Positions 52,889 to 64,000 of a DNA stretch of 64,000 bases are shown piece after piece. Position numbers and translations under genes: made by a program. This DNA comes from Octopus sinensis (taxonomy: Eukaryota). The number at the start of each line of letters is the position of its first letter. The first letter of the stretch is position 1. The stretch lies in the NCBI RefSeq assembly GCF_006345805.1, contig NC_043023.1, forward strand, positions 1,302,001-1,366,000. Direction: 5' to 3'. The notes beneath the pieces are model-generated. The model saw only the letters and a list, made by a program, of their open reading frames with translations. It was not told where the DNA came from and made no database searches.

Positions 52889-53210
52889 TAAGACAATAGG
52901 GTTTGATTTAAGGGAGGTTTGGCAGCTATTTCTACCAGGTTTAGCTACCATCTAGTATTCTCTCTCACTGACATATACATATATATATATATATATATAT
53001 AATATATATATTATCAGACAGAAGGGTGTGATTTGAGGGAGATATGGTTGCTGTTTCTACCAGGTCTAGTAACCATATAGAGGTCTCCCTCATTCATTCC
53101 TACCTACATATACACATACATAAGACAGTAGGGTGTGATTAGAGGGAGATATACCAACTGTTTCTAACAGGTTTAGCTACTATGTAGAAGTCTCTCTCTC
53201 ATTGGTTCAT
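52273..53210 (+). repeat. Cluster of five ~80-bp elements (GGGTGTGATTTGAGGGAGATTTGGCTGCTATTTCTA..CAGGTC...CTCATTGGCTCA)
   Basis: Copies near 52273, 52400, 52893, 53018 and 53120. Related copies lie at 29632 and 51748. Confidence 0.75.
52555..52606 (-). ncRNA. Minimal hammerhead ribozyme-like motif (degenerate)
   Basis: GTCT-CCGATGA-A-GGGATAT-AATTAATAA-ATATCCC-G-GAAAC-AGCT-TTA-AGAC. Confidence 0.6.
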
Positions 53211-54445
53211 ACAAAATCTGAGCCAAGCCATCACTCTACTGAGATAATAAGCCACTAAGTTACTCAGCAACCAAATCACCAAGTCAAATGAGCTATCCAT
53301 CAACTGAGCCACTGGTCTCCCATTTGACCATATCACTGACCAACGAAATTATTCAGACACTGAGTCACAGTTTTACTGAGTCTACTATTCCACTAGATTA
53401 CTCAGCCACTGTATAATCCCACGCCAATCAGCAACTGAGCTGCTCTTTTCACAAGTCAACAATCTTCAATTCTACTAAGGCACTGAGCCATGAAGTTAGC
53501 CACCATTCTCCTGATCTAGTCAAACACCAAATTACTCAGCAACTGAATTACCAAACTGATATGCCACTGAACTGCTCAGTTGCTCAGAAGATGTTTCATT
53601 TGGAGGCTCAGCACTGGAGCAGGGTAGTAGCTCAGCTGTGGATATGGGGTAATGGGTTTGCTTTCCAAGCACCTGGTTCTGGATTCAGTCCCACTATGTG
53701 GCATCTTGGACAAGTGAATCCAGAACCAGGTGCTTGGAAAGCAAACTCTTTACCACATATCCACAGCTGTGCTTCTTGAGCTACTCCCCTGCTTCAATGC
53801 TGAGCCTCCAAAAGGAATATCTGCTGAGCAACTGAGCAAGACAGTAGCATATCAGTTTAGTAATTCAGTTGCTGAGTAATTTGGTGTTTGACTAGATCAG
53901 GAGAATGGTGGCTAACTTCATGGCTCAGTGCCTTAGTAGAATTGAAGATTGTTGACTCGTGAAAAGAGCAGCTCAGTTGCTGATTGGCCTGGGATTATAG
54001 TGGCTTAGTAATCTGGTGGAGTAGTAGACTCAGTAAAACTGTGACTCAGTGTCTGAATAATTTCGTTGGTCAGTGATATGGTCAAATGGGAGACCAGTGG
54101 CTCAGTTGATGGATAGCTTGGTGATTTGGTTGGAGAGAAACTTGTGGCTTATTATCTCAGTAGAGTGATGGCTTGGCTTAGATTCTGTATGAACCAATGA
54201 AAGAGAGACTTCTACATGGTAGCTAAGTGTATATGTAGGTAGGAATGAATGAGGGAGGCCTCTATATGGTAACTAGACCTGGTAGAAACAGCAGTCTCAC
54301 TATGTGGCATCTTGGACAGGTGACTCCAGAACCAGGTGCTTGGAAAGCAAACTCCTTACCTCATATCCACGCCTGTGCTTCTTGGGCTAGTCCCCTGCTT
54401 CAGGGCTGAGCCTCCAAAAGAAACATTTGCTGAGCAACTGAGCAA
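53049..54445. repeat. 1.25-kb palindrome (arms 53049-53687 and 53715-54293) plus a 154-bp direct re-duplication
   Basis: Arms are highly similar, with deletions in the right arm. 53686-53839 is repeated at 54292-54445. Confidence 0.93.
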
Positions 54446-54462
54446 AACATTTTATAAAAAGA

Positions 54463-54917
54463 TAAACCCTTTTGATACAAAAGGTATCCGAAACTGCCCC
54501 TGGTTTCTACAATACAAAATTACCAGTTTTAAAGCAATCTAAATTACAACCTTCCATTAAAATTTTATGTTAATTTGATATTCCAAACAGAAGCTTAATA
54601 CTGACAGTTATTCTACTAAATTCTTCATTAGCTTCAAAATTAATTGAAACAAAGGCAGCATATTTCAAGTGAGATGTGGAAATAAAAGTGTTAACCAATT
54701 TGAAACCATTCCACCCGGGACTGCTGCTGGTTCTATGACACAAGGTTCTTGTTTTAAAGTGATCAAAATTATAACCGTCCATCAAAATTTCATATTAATT
54801 TATGTTCTAAACCTTAGCATAAAAGCGACAAGGTTATTACAGCTAAATTCTTCATTATTATCAAACTTGACTGAAACAAAGTGTATTTCAAGAGGAGTAT
54901 CGTAACCAAAGGGTTAA
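54463..54917. mobile_element. Tandem pair of ~225-bp MITE-like units with (T)TAACCCTTT...AAAGGGTTAA ends (piggyBac-like termini)
   Basis: Two diverged direct units. A third partial unit lies at 55485-55610. Confidence 0.5.
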
Positions 54918-54969
54918 AGTGATCTAAATCTAAACCTACCATCAAAATTTCCTTTTAATGTTCCAAGTG

Positions 54970-55475
54970 CTGGTGGCATGTAGGGCCTCACAGAGGAAAT
55001 GATGAAGACCCAGACCCCTGAGGTATGCTGTGGCTGTGAAGACCTGACAAATGAAGTGAGTTCATGGCTCGCAGGACGGCCTTCTGTGCTAACCTTGGAT
55101 TGTAGAGTGACCCGCTGTTCTTGAGGAGACACCAACATCAAAATAAAAACCAGATGGAAATTGTAGTTAAGATACCCATGCTGATGATACGTTAAAAGCA
55201 CTGCCTGACTTGCATCAGTGTCAGTGACACGTAAAAGCACTAACTGATCGTGGCCATTTGCCAGCCTCTTCTGGCCCCTGTGCTGGAGACATGTAAAAGG
55301 CACCCACTACACTCACAAACTAATTGGCATTAGGAAGTGCATCCAGCTGTAGAAACACTGCCAATCAGACTGGAGCCTGGTACAGCCTTCTGGCTTCCCA
55401 GACCCCGGGCGGACCGTCCAACCCATGCTAGCATGGAAAATGGGCGTTAAACGATGATGATGATGATGATGATGA
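54970..55475 (+). mobile_element. Old 5'-truncated RTE LINE 3' end
   Basis: GGCCTCACAGAGGAAATGATG (GLTEEM), hairpin modules and the AAACGATGATGATG tail. Confidence 0.8.
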
Positions 55476-56039
55476 TCACTTTAGTAATGACAAAGTTATT
55501 TTACTAAATTTCTTTGTTATTTTCAAAATTAACTGAAAGAAAGGTGTTGAGTTTCAAATATGGTAACCAAAGGGTTAAAGTGATCTAAATCAAACCCTTC
55601 CATTAAAAGTACGACTAGGATTAGTTGTAATTCTCTACAACAAAATGACTTTACTTTCCAATTGTACTATAAATACTAAATGTACAAAAATAAACTAATG
55701 TAGTAATTATTTTCTCTTTCTTCATGTTCTTCAACTTATTAATGAAATTTATTTCTGCAATTATGAAACTGTGTATTTTTTATAGCGGTTAAAAGAACAC
55801 GAATTTATATATCTTCAACACATACATGCACACATAAAATGTCCGCTAACATTTCAGAGAATATATTTTTCGCTATGGCGTTTATGTAGCTGGAGTCAGG
55901 ATTTATGTATAATGATAACACTTATAAGTAAGTTATAAGTGACGGGTTTATCAATATATATTCTTACTTCAAAATAAAATATATTTATCTATTTCCAAAT
56001 ATCGTAAAAAACACCATTTCGAGCGTGGCCATTGCCAGT

Positions 56040-56267
56040 ACTTATTTCTTTACTACCCACAAGGGGCTAAACACAGAGAAGACAAACAAGGACAGAGAAA
56101 CGGAATAAGTTGATTATATCGACCCCAGTGCGTAACTAGTACTTAATTTATCAACCACGAAAGGATGAAAGGCAAAATCGACCTCGGCGGAATTTGAACT
56201 CAGAACATAGTGGCAGACGAAATACCGCTAAGCATTTCGCCCAGCGTGCTAATGATTCTGCCAGACT
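56040..56267 (-). mobile_element. CORE-SINE family B
   Basis: Reverse complement of the 3908-4140 family. Confidence 0.85.
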
Positions 56268-56445
56268 GGCACCCACTACACTCTCAGAGTGGTTGGCGTT
56301 AGGAAGGGCATCTGGCTGTAGAAACTCTGCCAGATCAGATTGGAGCCTGGTGCAGCCATCTGGTTTGCCAGTCCTCAGTCAAATCGTCCACCCATAATAC
56401 CATGGAAAGCGGACGTTAAACGATGATGATAATGATGATGATGAA
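56268..56445 (+). mobile_element. RTE 3'-terminal fragment abutting the SINE B head
   Basis: GCACCCACTACACTCTCAGAGTGGTTGGCGTTAGGAAGGGCATC...AAACGATGATGAT. Confidence 0.85.
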
Positions 56446-57147
56446 ACATATAAAAGTAGTTTTACACAAACAGCAACCAAACTGGTTATAAAACTGTATT
56501 TCAACAGAAAAATGGTCACAAAATATTCTAAGATAACTGATCACAGAGACTCCCCAAATGGCTGCAGAGATCACCAATGCTCAGAAACAGAATTCAGAGC
56601 AATATGAAAAGTTTTATTTTCATGCAACCCAAGAACGGACAAGAACGAGGGGTGGGTTGATACACAAGACTATTCAAGTATATGGCTTCCTCCCTACGTG
56701 GCAGTAACCATGTCTTTGTACTGGTTATATCTTCCTGTTTTTCCTGCAATTTGTTTAATTTGTAGAGTCAAGGGGTACATAGCCATGTCAGCGATCACTA
56801 AGCAGAAAAGAGTAATAAGAACTACCCTCACCTTATCCAATCAACATGACCCTGTATTTTTCTATTTAAATATAATTAGGAATTGTATAAAAATAATTAA
56901 AATATTTTGTGCATTGAAGAAGCATAAGTAACTTATGACAGATGAATTTTAACAACATCTTATATGGACCCCTGCCAAGGACCATATGAAACCCTGGTTG
57001 AGAACCTCTGATCATAGGTCTACGGTATCAGGATTCACCTGAGGTTAAACAACTATAACCACAAATACTAACTACTATACATTTGATAATGTACTCCGAG
57101 ATATATTATGCCTGAATTACAAGGATTTGTATAAAAAATTAAAAGAA

Positions 57148-57321
57148 GGCATAGGAGTGGCTGTGTGTTAAGTAGCTTGCTTACCAACCACATGGTTCCA
57201 GGTTCAGTCCCACTGCGTGGCACCTTGGGCAAGTGTCTTCTATTATAGCCTTGGACCGACCAAAGCTTTGTGAGTGGATTTGGAAGACGGAAACTGAAAG
57301 AAGCCCGTCGTATATATGTGC

Positions 57322-57364
<43 letters not shown>

Positions 57365-57566
57365 TATGTCTGTGTTTGTCCCCCCAACATCACTTGACAA
57401 TCGATGGTGGTGTGTTTATGTTCCCGTAAGTTAGCAGTTCGGCAAAAGAGACGGATAGAATAAGTAGAGGGCCTACAAAGAATAAGTCCTGGGGTCGATT
57501 TGCTCGACTAAAAGGCAGTGCTCCAGTAAGGCCACAGTCAAATGACTGAAACAAGTAAAAAAGTAA
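57148..57566 (+). mobile_element. SINE family A, full length
   Basis: Complete head to tail. Confidence 0.9.
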
Positions 57567-57710
57567 GCATAATGAATTTATTGTTGATAACTTTTAACAA
57601 CAAAATCTTACGTGGACCCCTAAAAGTTATATGTACCTCAGATGAGAACCACTGATTGTAGAAACTCCCAAACTGGCTGTGGAGATCACCAATGCTTAGA
57701 AACATAGAAT

Positions 57711-58188
57711 TCATAGGAATATCAAGAGTTTTATTTGCATGCAACCCAAGAACGGATAAGGGCAAGGGGTGGATTGATACATATGGCCATTCAAGAATAT
57801 GGCTTTCTTCCTCCGTGGCAGCAAATGTGTCTTTGTATCACAGACACTCCTGGCTATATCTTTGTGTATTTCTTGAAATTTTCTTTTGGTTTTTTTCCTT
57901 GGCGTTTGTCGAAAAATCGGTTGAGATTTAGCTATCTTGCTGTTTCGTGCCATATTAGTAAATTCTTTGTGGCATCTTATCAATATTTTTGCCACATCTT
58001 GCACAACACGAAATGCGGTTTCCTCAACGTGTCTCATTGTTTGTTTGTTTGTTGTGCGTGTATACAGGGTTTGTTTTTGTTGTTGCTGTTGTTGTCGTTG
58101 ATTTTTCCTGCTGGAGACAATGGCTTTGGGAAGCAAGTGTTTTGGAAAGCAAGGCAGCTGGGGTCGGTTCTCGAATTCCAGCTGTGCA
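57711..58188 (-). CDS. Candidate host exon of unknown product; possible 108-aa ORF from the ATG at 58037
   Basis: Acceptor-like TTTTCTCTCTCTACTTAG| at 58189, an A-rich context AAACAAACAATG, and a non-repetitive, basic, stop-free frame (MRHVEETAFRVVQDVAKILIRCHKEF...). No family recognised. Confidence 0.25.
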
Positions 58189-58239
58189 CTAAGTAGAGAG
58201 AGAAAACCCAGCAGGAGTGTGCACATGGATCATATATAT

Positions 58240-58405
58240 CTGTGTGTGTGTGTGTGTATGTTTACATGTATATATAAATAAGTATGTGTATATATGAGGG
58301 GATCAGGGGTGTGTGTGTTTGCATTTCTGTATATGATGATGAATATATATATATATTTTGTATATAAAACATGTGTGTGTGTGTGTTTGTGTGTGTATGT
58401 ATATG

Positions 58406-58441
<36 letters not shown>

Positions 58442-58681
58442 CGTGTGAATATATATGGGAATGGGGCTATGTGTGTGTGTAAATGTATATGTATGTGGAG
58501 ATATATATATATAAAAGTGTATGTATATATAGGTATATATGTACATATCTATATCTGCGCACATATATATATATATATATTATATATATATATTATATAT
58601 ACATATAAATATAATATATATAATGTAGATATGTATGTATATGTAGATATGTATGTATATATACATATGTATGTAGATATG

Positions 58682-58716
<35 letters not shown>

Positions 58717-58842
58717 AACATATATATGATATGCACATAAATATATATATATAACCATGTCACACATACATACATATAAATACATGCGTTTGTGTATGCA
58801 TATCATAAGCATATGACATACATACATATATATACATACAAT

Positions 58843-58883
<41 letters not shown>

Positions 58884-59315
58884 AAGATTTATATATATAT
58901 ATATATATACACACAATACACACATGTTTAGCATCAGGAAAGCTACAAGAGGGGTTCTTCTTCCTAAGTGTCTTAACTGCAGATGATGACATCGTTTAAA
59001 CAAGATCGTTCCAGCGCTTTCCTGTTCGCTTGGATTGTTTTGCTCTGCTCCTTCACAATGCTACCATCATCATCATCATCATCGTCGTCATCATCCTCAT
59101 AACCACCACCACTACCAACGTCATCATTTCTCTTCTACCTTTTTTCGTTTTCCTTTTCATCTTCTTCTTCTCCACCCCCTCCTCCTCCTCCAATTCTTCT
59201 TCTTCCTCGGCTTTATTGCTTGTTCGTCTGTAACCTTCTCCAGAATTCTACTTCATAATAGTCACTTGTACGTATGAATGTACGTGTCTGCCTATATATA
59301 TATAATGTGTGTATG

Positions 59316-59364
<49 letters not shown>

Positions 59365-59497
59365 ATATATATATATATATGTGTGTGTGTGTATATATAT
59401 ATATATTTGTGTGTGTGGTATATATATATATGTATGTATATATATATATATAATATATGTGTGTGTGTGTGTATAAGTATATATATATATATATTAA

Positions 59498-59530
<33 letters not shown>

Positions 59531-59628
59531 CATACAATAAAGCAAATATATTTATTCATATTTAGACCGACGTATATGCATATCTATATACACATGCACA
59601 TCTAACTATCTATCTATCTATCTATATA

Positions 59629-59664
<36 letters not shown>

Positions 59665-59880
59665 CATATATGCACAGATATAGATATGTACATATATACA
59701 TATTTATATACATACATACATACATTTTTAGATATACATATATCTCCACATACATATACATATGCATATACACACACATAGCCCCACTCCCATATATATA
59801 TATTTATATATATATATATATATATAAACACACACATACATATATATACATGCATATATACATATATATAGCATTTTGTT
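58240..59880. repeat. (TA)/(TG)/(CA)n fields with a unique island at 58925-59280
   Basis: Direct inspection. Confidence 0.9.
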
Positions 59881-60001
59881 TCTGTGCTATTGTCTTTCAG
59901 GTTACCATCCTCATTCCAAGAATGCAATGTCTGCGTATATAGATTGTCATGGCATCATATTGCGATACAGTTCAAGACACATGTTTGTCTTTATGACAAC
60001 G

Positions 60002-60033
<32 letters not shown>

Positions 60034-60575
60034 GAGGAAGAGAGCAGAGGGATAGAAATTGCATGAGAAAGACAGCACGACAGTATAAGACCTTAATAGC
60101 AAAACAGCACCCTGCCCCACGCCGCATTTACTATCTCCCCCCTCTCTCCACCCTTCGCCCCGCACAAAATTTTTCTATGGTGCCGCCAGATTGGGGGGGG
60201 GAGGGTCGACGGACAGGAATGAAAAGAAGAAGGGGGACAATGAAAAGATCAGGTGAGTGGAGGAGGGGGTGGGGCCTGGGAATCAAAATGAATATATATT
60301 GAAAATAAATTGAATCAATTTAGATGCAGGCAGTGTTGGGCATGCGGTTAGGAAGCTTGGCTTTGCAAGAATGGGGTTTGGTGTTCAATCCCAGTGTGTG
60401 GCACCATAGGTAAATGTTTTCTTTCTGCTGTAGTATCGGGCCAATAAATTTTTGGTGAATTTGGTAGAGGGACAGACAGACGGACAAGCGGACATACATT
60501 TCTACATACATGATTACAGGTACATTTATGGTGATGTAAACAGGAAAAATAGAACTCAAAATATGAATATATATC

Positions 60576-61872
60576 TCTTTTACTCTTCTACATGTTTCGG
60601 TCATTTGACTGCAGCCATGCTGGAGCACCACCTTTAGTCAAGCAAATCTACCCCAGGACTTATTCTTTGTAAGCCCAGTACTTATTCTATCAGTCTCTTT
60701 TCTCTTTTACTTGTTTCAGTCATTTGACTGCAGCCATGCTGGAGCACCACCTTTAGTCAAGCAAATCTACCCAAGGACTTATTCTTTGTAAGCCCAGTAC
60801 TTATTCTATCAGTCTCTTTTCTCTTTTACTTGTTTCAGTCATTTGACTGCAGCCATGCTGGAGCACCACCTTTAGTCCAGCAAATCTACCCAAGGACTTA
60901 TTCTTTGTAAGCCCAGTACCTTATTCTCTCATCTCTTTTCTCTTTTACTTGTTTCAGTCATTGACTGCAGCCATGCTGGGCACCACTTTAGTCAAGCAAA
61001 TCTAACCCAAGGACTTATTCTTTGTAAGCCCAGTACTTATTCTATCAGTCTCTTTTCTCTTTTACTTGTTTCAGTCATTTGACTGCAGCCATGCTGGAGC
61101 ACCACCTTTAGTCAAGCAAATCTACCCAAGGACTTATTCTTTGTAGCCCGTACTTATTCTATCAGTCCTCTTTTCCTCTTTTACTTGTTTCAGTCATTTG
61201 ACTGCAGCCATGCTGGAGCACCACCTTTAGTCAAGCAAATCTACCCAAGGACTTATTCTTTGTAAGCCCAGTACTTATTCTATCATTCGTCTCTTTTCTC
61301 TTTACTTGTTTCAGTCATTTGACTGCAGCCATGCTGGAGCACCACCTTTAGTCAAGCAAATCTACCCAAGGACTTATTCTTTGTAAGCCCAGTACTTATT
61401 CTATCAGTTCTTTCTCTTTTCTCTTTACATTGTTTCAGTCATTTGACTGGCAGCCATGCTGGAGCACCACCTTTAGTCAGCAAATCTACCCAAGGACTTA
61501 TTCTTGTGTACAGCCCAGTACTTATTCTATCAGTCTCTTTTCTCTTTTACTTGTTTCAGTCATTTGACTGTGGCCATGCTGGAGCACCACCTTTAGTCAA
61601 GCAAATCTCACCCCGGACTTATTCTTTGTAAGCCCAGTACTTATTCTATCAGTCTCTTTTCTCTTTTACTTGTTTCAGCCATTTGACTGTGGCCATGCTG
61701 GAGCACCACCTTTAGTCAAGCAAATCTACCCCAGGACTTATTCTTTGTAAGCCTAGTACTTGTTCTATTGGTTCTTTTGCCGAATCGCTAATTTTCTGGG
61801 ACATAAACACACCAACATCGGTTGTCAAGCGATGGTCAGGAATAAACACAGACACAAAGATACACACACACA
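60576..61872 (-). repeat. Tandem array of 10 x ~119-bp SINE family A 3' ends attached to a truncated parent SINE
   Basis: CATTTGACT recurs at 60602, 60721, 60840, 60959, 61076, 61195, 61316, 61440, 61561 and 61680. Confidence 0.95.
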
Positions 61873-61874
61873 CA

Positions 61875-63472
61875 GAAGAAGAAGAAGAAGAAGAAGAAGG
61901 AGAAGGAGAAGGAGAAGAAGAAAAGAAGAAGAGAGAAGGAGAAGGAAAAAGAAGAAGAAGAAGAAGGAGAAGGAGAAGAGAAGAAGAAAAGAGATAAGAA
62001 GAAGAAGGAGAAGGAGAAAGAAGAAGAAGAAGAGGAGAAGAGAAGAATACGAAGGAAATGAGAAGGAGAAGAAGAAAAGAAGAAGAAGAAGAAGGAGAAG
62101 GAGAAAAGAAAAAGAAGAAGAAGGAGAAGGAGAAGAAGAAGGAGAAGGAGAAGGAGAAGAAGAAAGAGAAGAAGAATAAGGAGAAGGAAAAAGAAGAAGA
62201 AGAAGAAGGAGAAGGAGAAGAAGAAGAAGAGAGGAAGGAGAAGAAGAAAGAAGAAGAAGAAGAAGGAGAAGGAAAAAGAAGAAGAGAAAGAAGGAGAAGG
62301 AGAAGAAGAAGAAGGAGAAGGAAAAAGAAGAAGAAGAAAAGAAGAAGAAGAAGAAGAAGGAGAAGGAGAAGGAGAAAAAAGAAGAGAAGAAGAAGGAGAA
62401 GGAGAAGAAGAAGGAGAAGAAGAAGGAGAAGGAGAAAAGAAGAAGAGAAGGAGAAGGAGAAGAAGAAGAAGGAGAAGGAGAAGGAGAAGAGAAAAAGAAG
62501 AAGAAGGAGAAGGAGAAAAGAAGAAGAAGAAGGAGAAGGAAGAAGAAGAAGGAGAAGGAGAAGGAGAAGAAGAAAAGAAGAAGAAGAAGAAGAAGAAGGA
62601 GAAAAGAAGAAGAAGAAGAAGGAGAAGGAGAAGAAGAAGAAGGAGAAGGAAGAAGAAGAAGAAGAAGAAGGAGAAGAAGGAGAAGGAGAAGAAGAAGAAG
62701 GAAAGAAGAAGAAGGAGAAGGAGAAGAAGGAGAAGGAGAAGGAGAAGAAGAAGAAGGAGAAGGAGAAGAAGAAGAAGAAGAAGGAGAAGGAGAAGAAGGA
62801 GAAGAGAAGAAGAAGAAGAAGGAGAAGGAGAAGAAGAAGAAGAAGGAGAAGGAGAAGAAGAAGAAGAAGAAGGAAAAAGAAGAAGAAGAAGAAGAAAAAG
62901 AAGAAGGAAGAAGAAGAAGAGAAGAAAAAGAAGAAAGAAGAAAAAGAATAGAAGAAGAAAAAAAGAAAAGAAGAAGAAGAAGAAGAAAAAGAAGAAGAAA
63001 AGAAAAAGAAGAAGAAGAAGACAAGAAGAAAGAAGAAGAAGAAGAAGAAGAAGAAAAGAAGAAAAAGAAGAAGAGAAGAAGAAAAAGGAAGAAGAAAAAA
63101 AGAAGAAGAAGAGAAGAAGAAAAGAAAAAAGAAGAAGAAGAAGAAGAAGAGAAGAAAGAAGAAGAAAAAGAAAAGAAGAAGAAGAGAAGAAGAAGAAAAA
63201 GAAAAGAGAAGAAGAAGAAGAAGAAGGAAGAAAGAAGAAGAAGAAAAGAAAAAGAAAAGAAAAAGAAGAAGAAGAAGAAAAAGAAAAAGAAGAAGAAGAA
63301 GAAGAGAAAAAGAAGAAGAAGAAGAAGAAGAAGAAGAGAAAAAGAAGAAAAAAAGAAGAAAAAGAAAAGAAGAAGAAGAGAAGAAAAAGAAGAGAAGAAG
63401 AAGAAGAAAAGAAGAAAAAGAAAAAGAAGAAGAAGAAGAAGATAAGAAGAAGAAGAAGAAAAGAAGAAAGAG
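61875..63472. repeat. 1.6-kb polypurine (GAA/GGA/GAAAA)n tract
   Basis: Plus strand is almost purely A/G. The poly-E/K/R and F/S/L ORFs are artefacts. Confidence 0.97.
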
Positions 63473-63489
63473 TTGTGACACTAAAATTG

Positions 63490-63895
63490 TTAACAAGGTC
63501 GGCCCCCTTTTGAATTACAGGTCAACTCAGTTTTGCCAGGTGAGTGGACTGGAGCAACATGAGTAAAGTTCCTTGTTCAAGGACACTCACTCTCTGTCGG
63601 TTATGATGACAAGGGTTCCAGTTTGATCCGATCAATGGAACAGCCTGCCACATGAAATTAAAAGTGCTGTGACTGAGCACCCCACAGGCACGTGTACCCT
63701 AAACATAGTTCTCTGGGAATTCAACATGACACAATATTATAAGACTGGCCCTTTGAAACACAGGTACAACTCATTTTGGTCAGCTGAGTGGACTGAAGCA
63801 ACATGAAGTAAAATATCTTGCTCAAGGACAAAATGTTTAACTCAGGAATTGAACTCATGACTTTACAATCACAAGCTAAACATCATAACCACTAA
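63490..63895 (-). mobile_element. Old tRNA/CORE SINE with a body homologous to 52010-52228
   Basis: Reverse complement has TTAGTGGTTATGATG...GAGTTCAATTCC...CCTTGAGCAAGATA. Confidence 0.7.
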
Positions 63896-64000
63896 GTTGA
63901 ATACCTCACCACTAAGCCATGAGCATTCGCAACAACCATTAAGGGCCTACAAAAATAATGGGGTCCACCCCCTGTAACTCTCTGGGTTCATGAAGAGCAG

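Overview
AT-rich, microsatellite-dense eukaryotic DNA with no securely identifiable host gene. The SINE/LINE families resemble those I recall from octopod cephalopods (Octopus), but this is recognition from memory, not a search. The window is intronic or intergenic in character. It contains at least four tRNA-derived or CORE SINE families, several 5'-truncated RTE-clade LINE copies, two decayed mariner elements, Tc1 and MITE remnants, and a Helentron-like dimer. It also has kilobase-scale (ATT)n, (GAA)n, (CAT)n, (TA)n and (GT)n tracts. Almost all ORFs in the supplied track are simple-repeat artefacts. Signals the ORF track misses: (1) a decayed Penelope-like element (GIY-YIG remnant, minus strand, 13570-13880) bracketed by inverted terminal repeats that each carry a minimal type I hammerhead ribozyme motif. 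(2) Further hammerhead motifs at 6400, 38881/38962 (head-to-head, with three-way compensatory stem I changes) and 52555. (3) Tandem amplifications of retroposon 3' ends: a 12x hairpin array in an RTE 3' UTR, a 10x119 bp SINE-tail array and a SINE trimer. (4) Several long fold-back palindromes. (5) A duplicated exon-like unit at 56.5-58.2 kb that is the best host-gene candidate.
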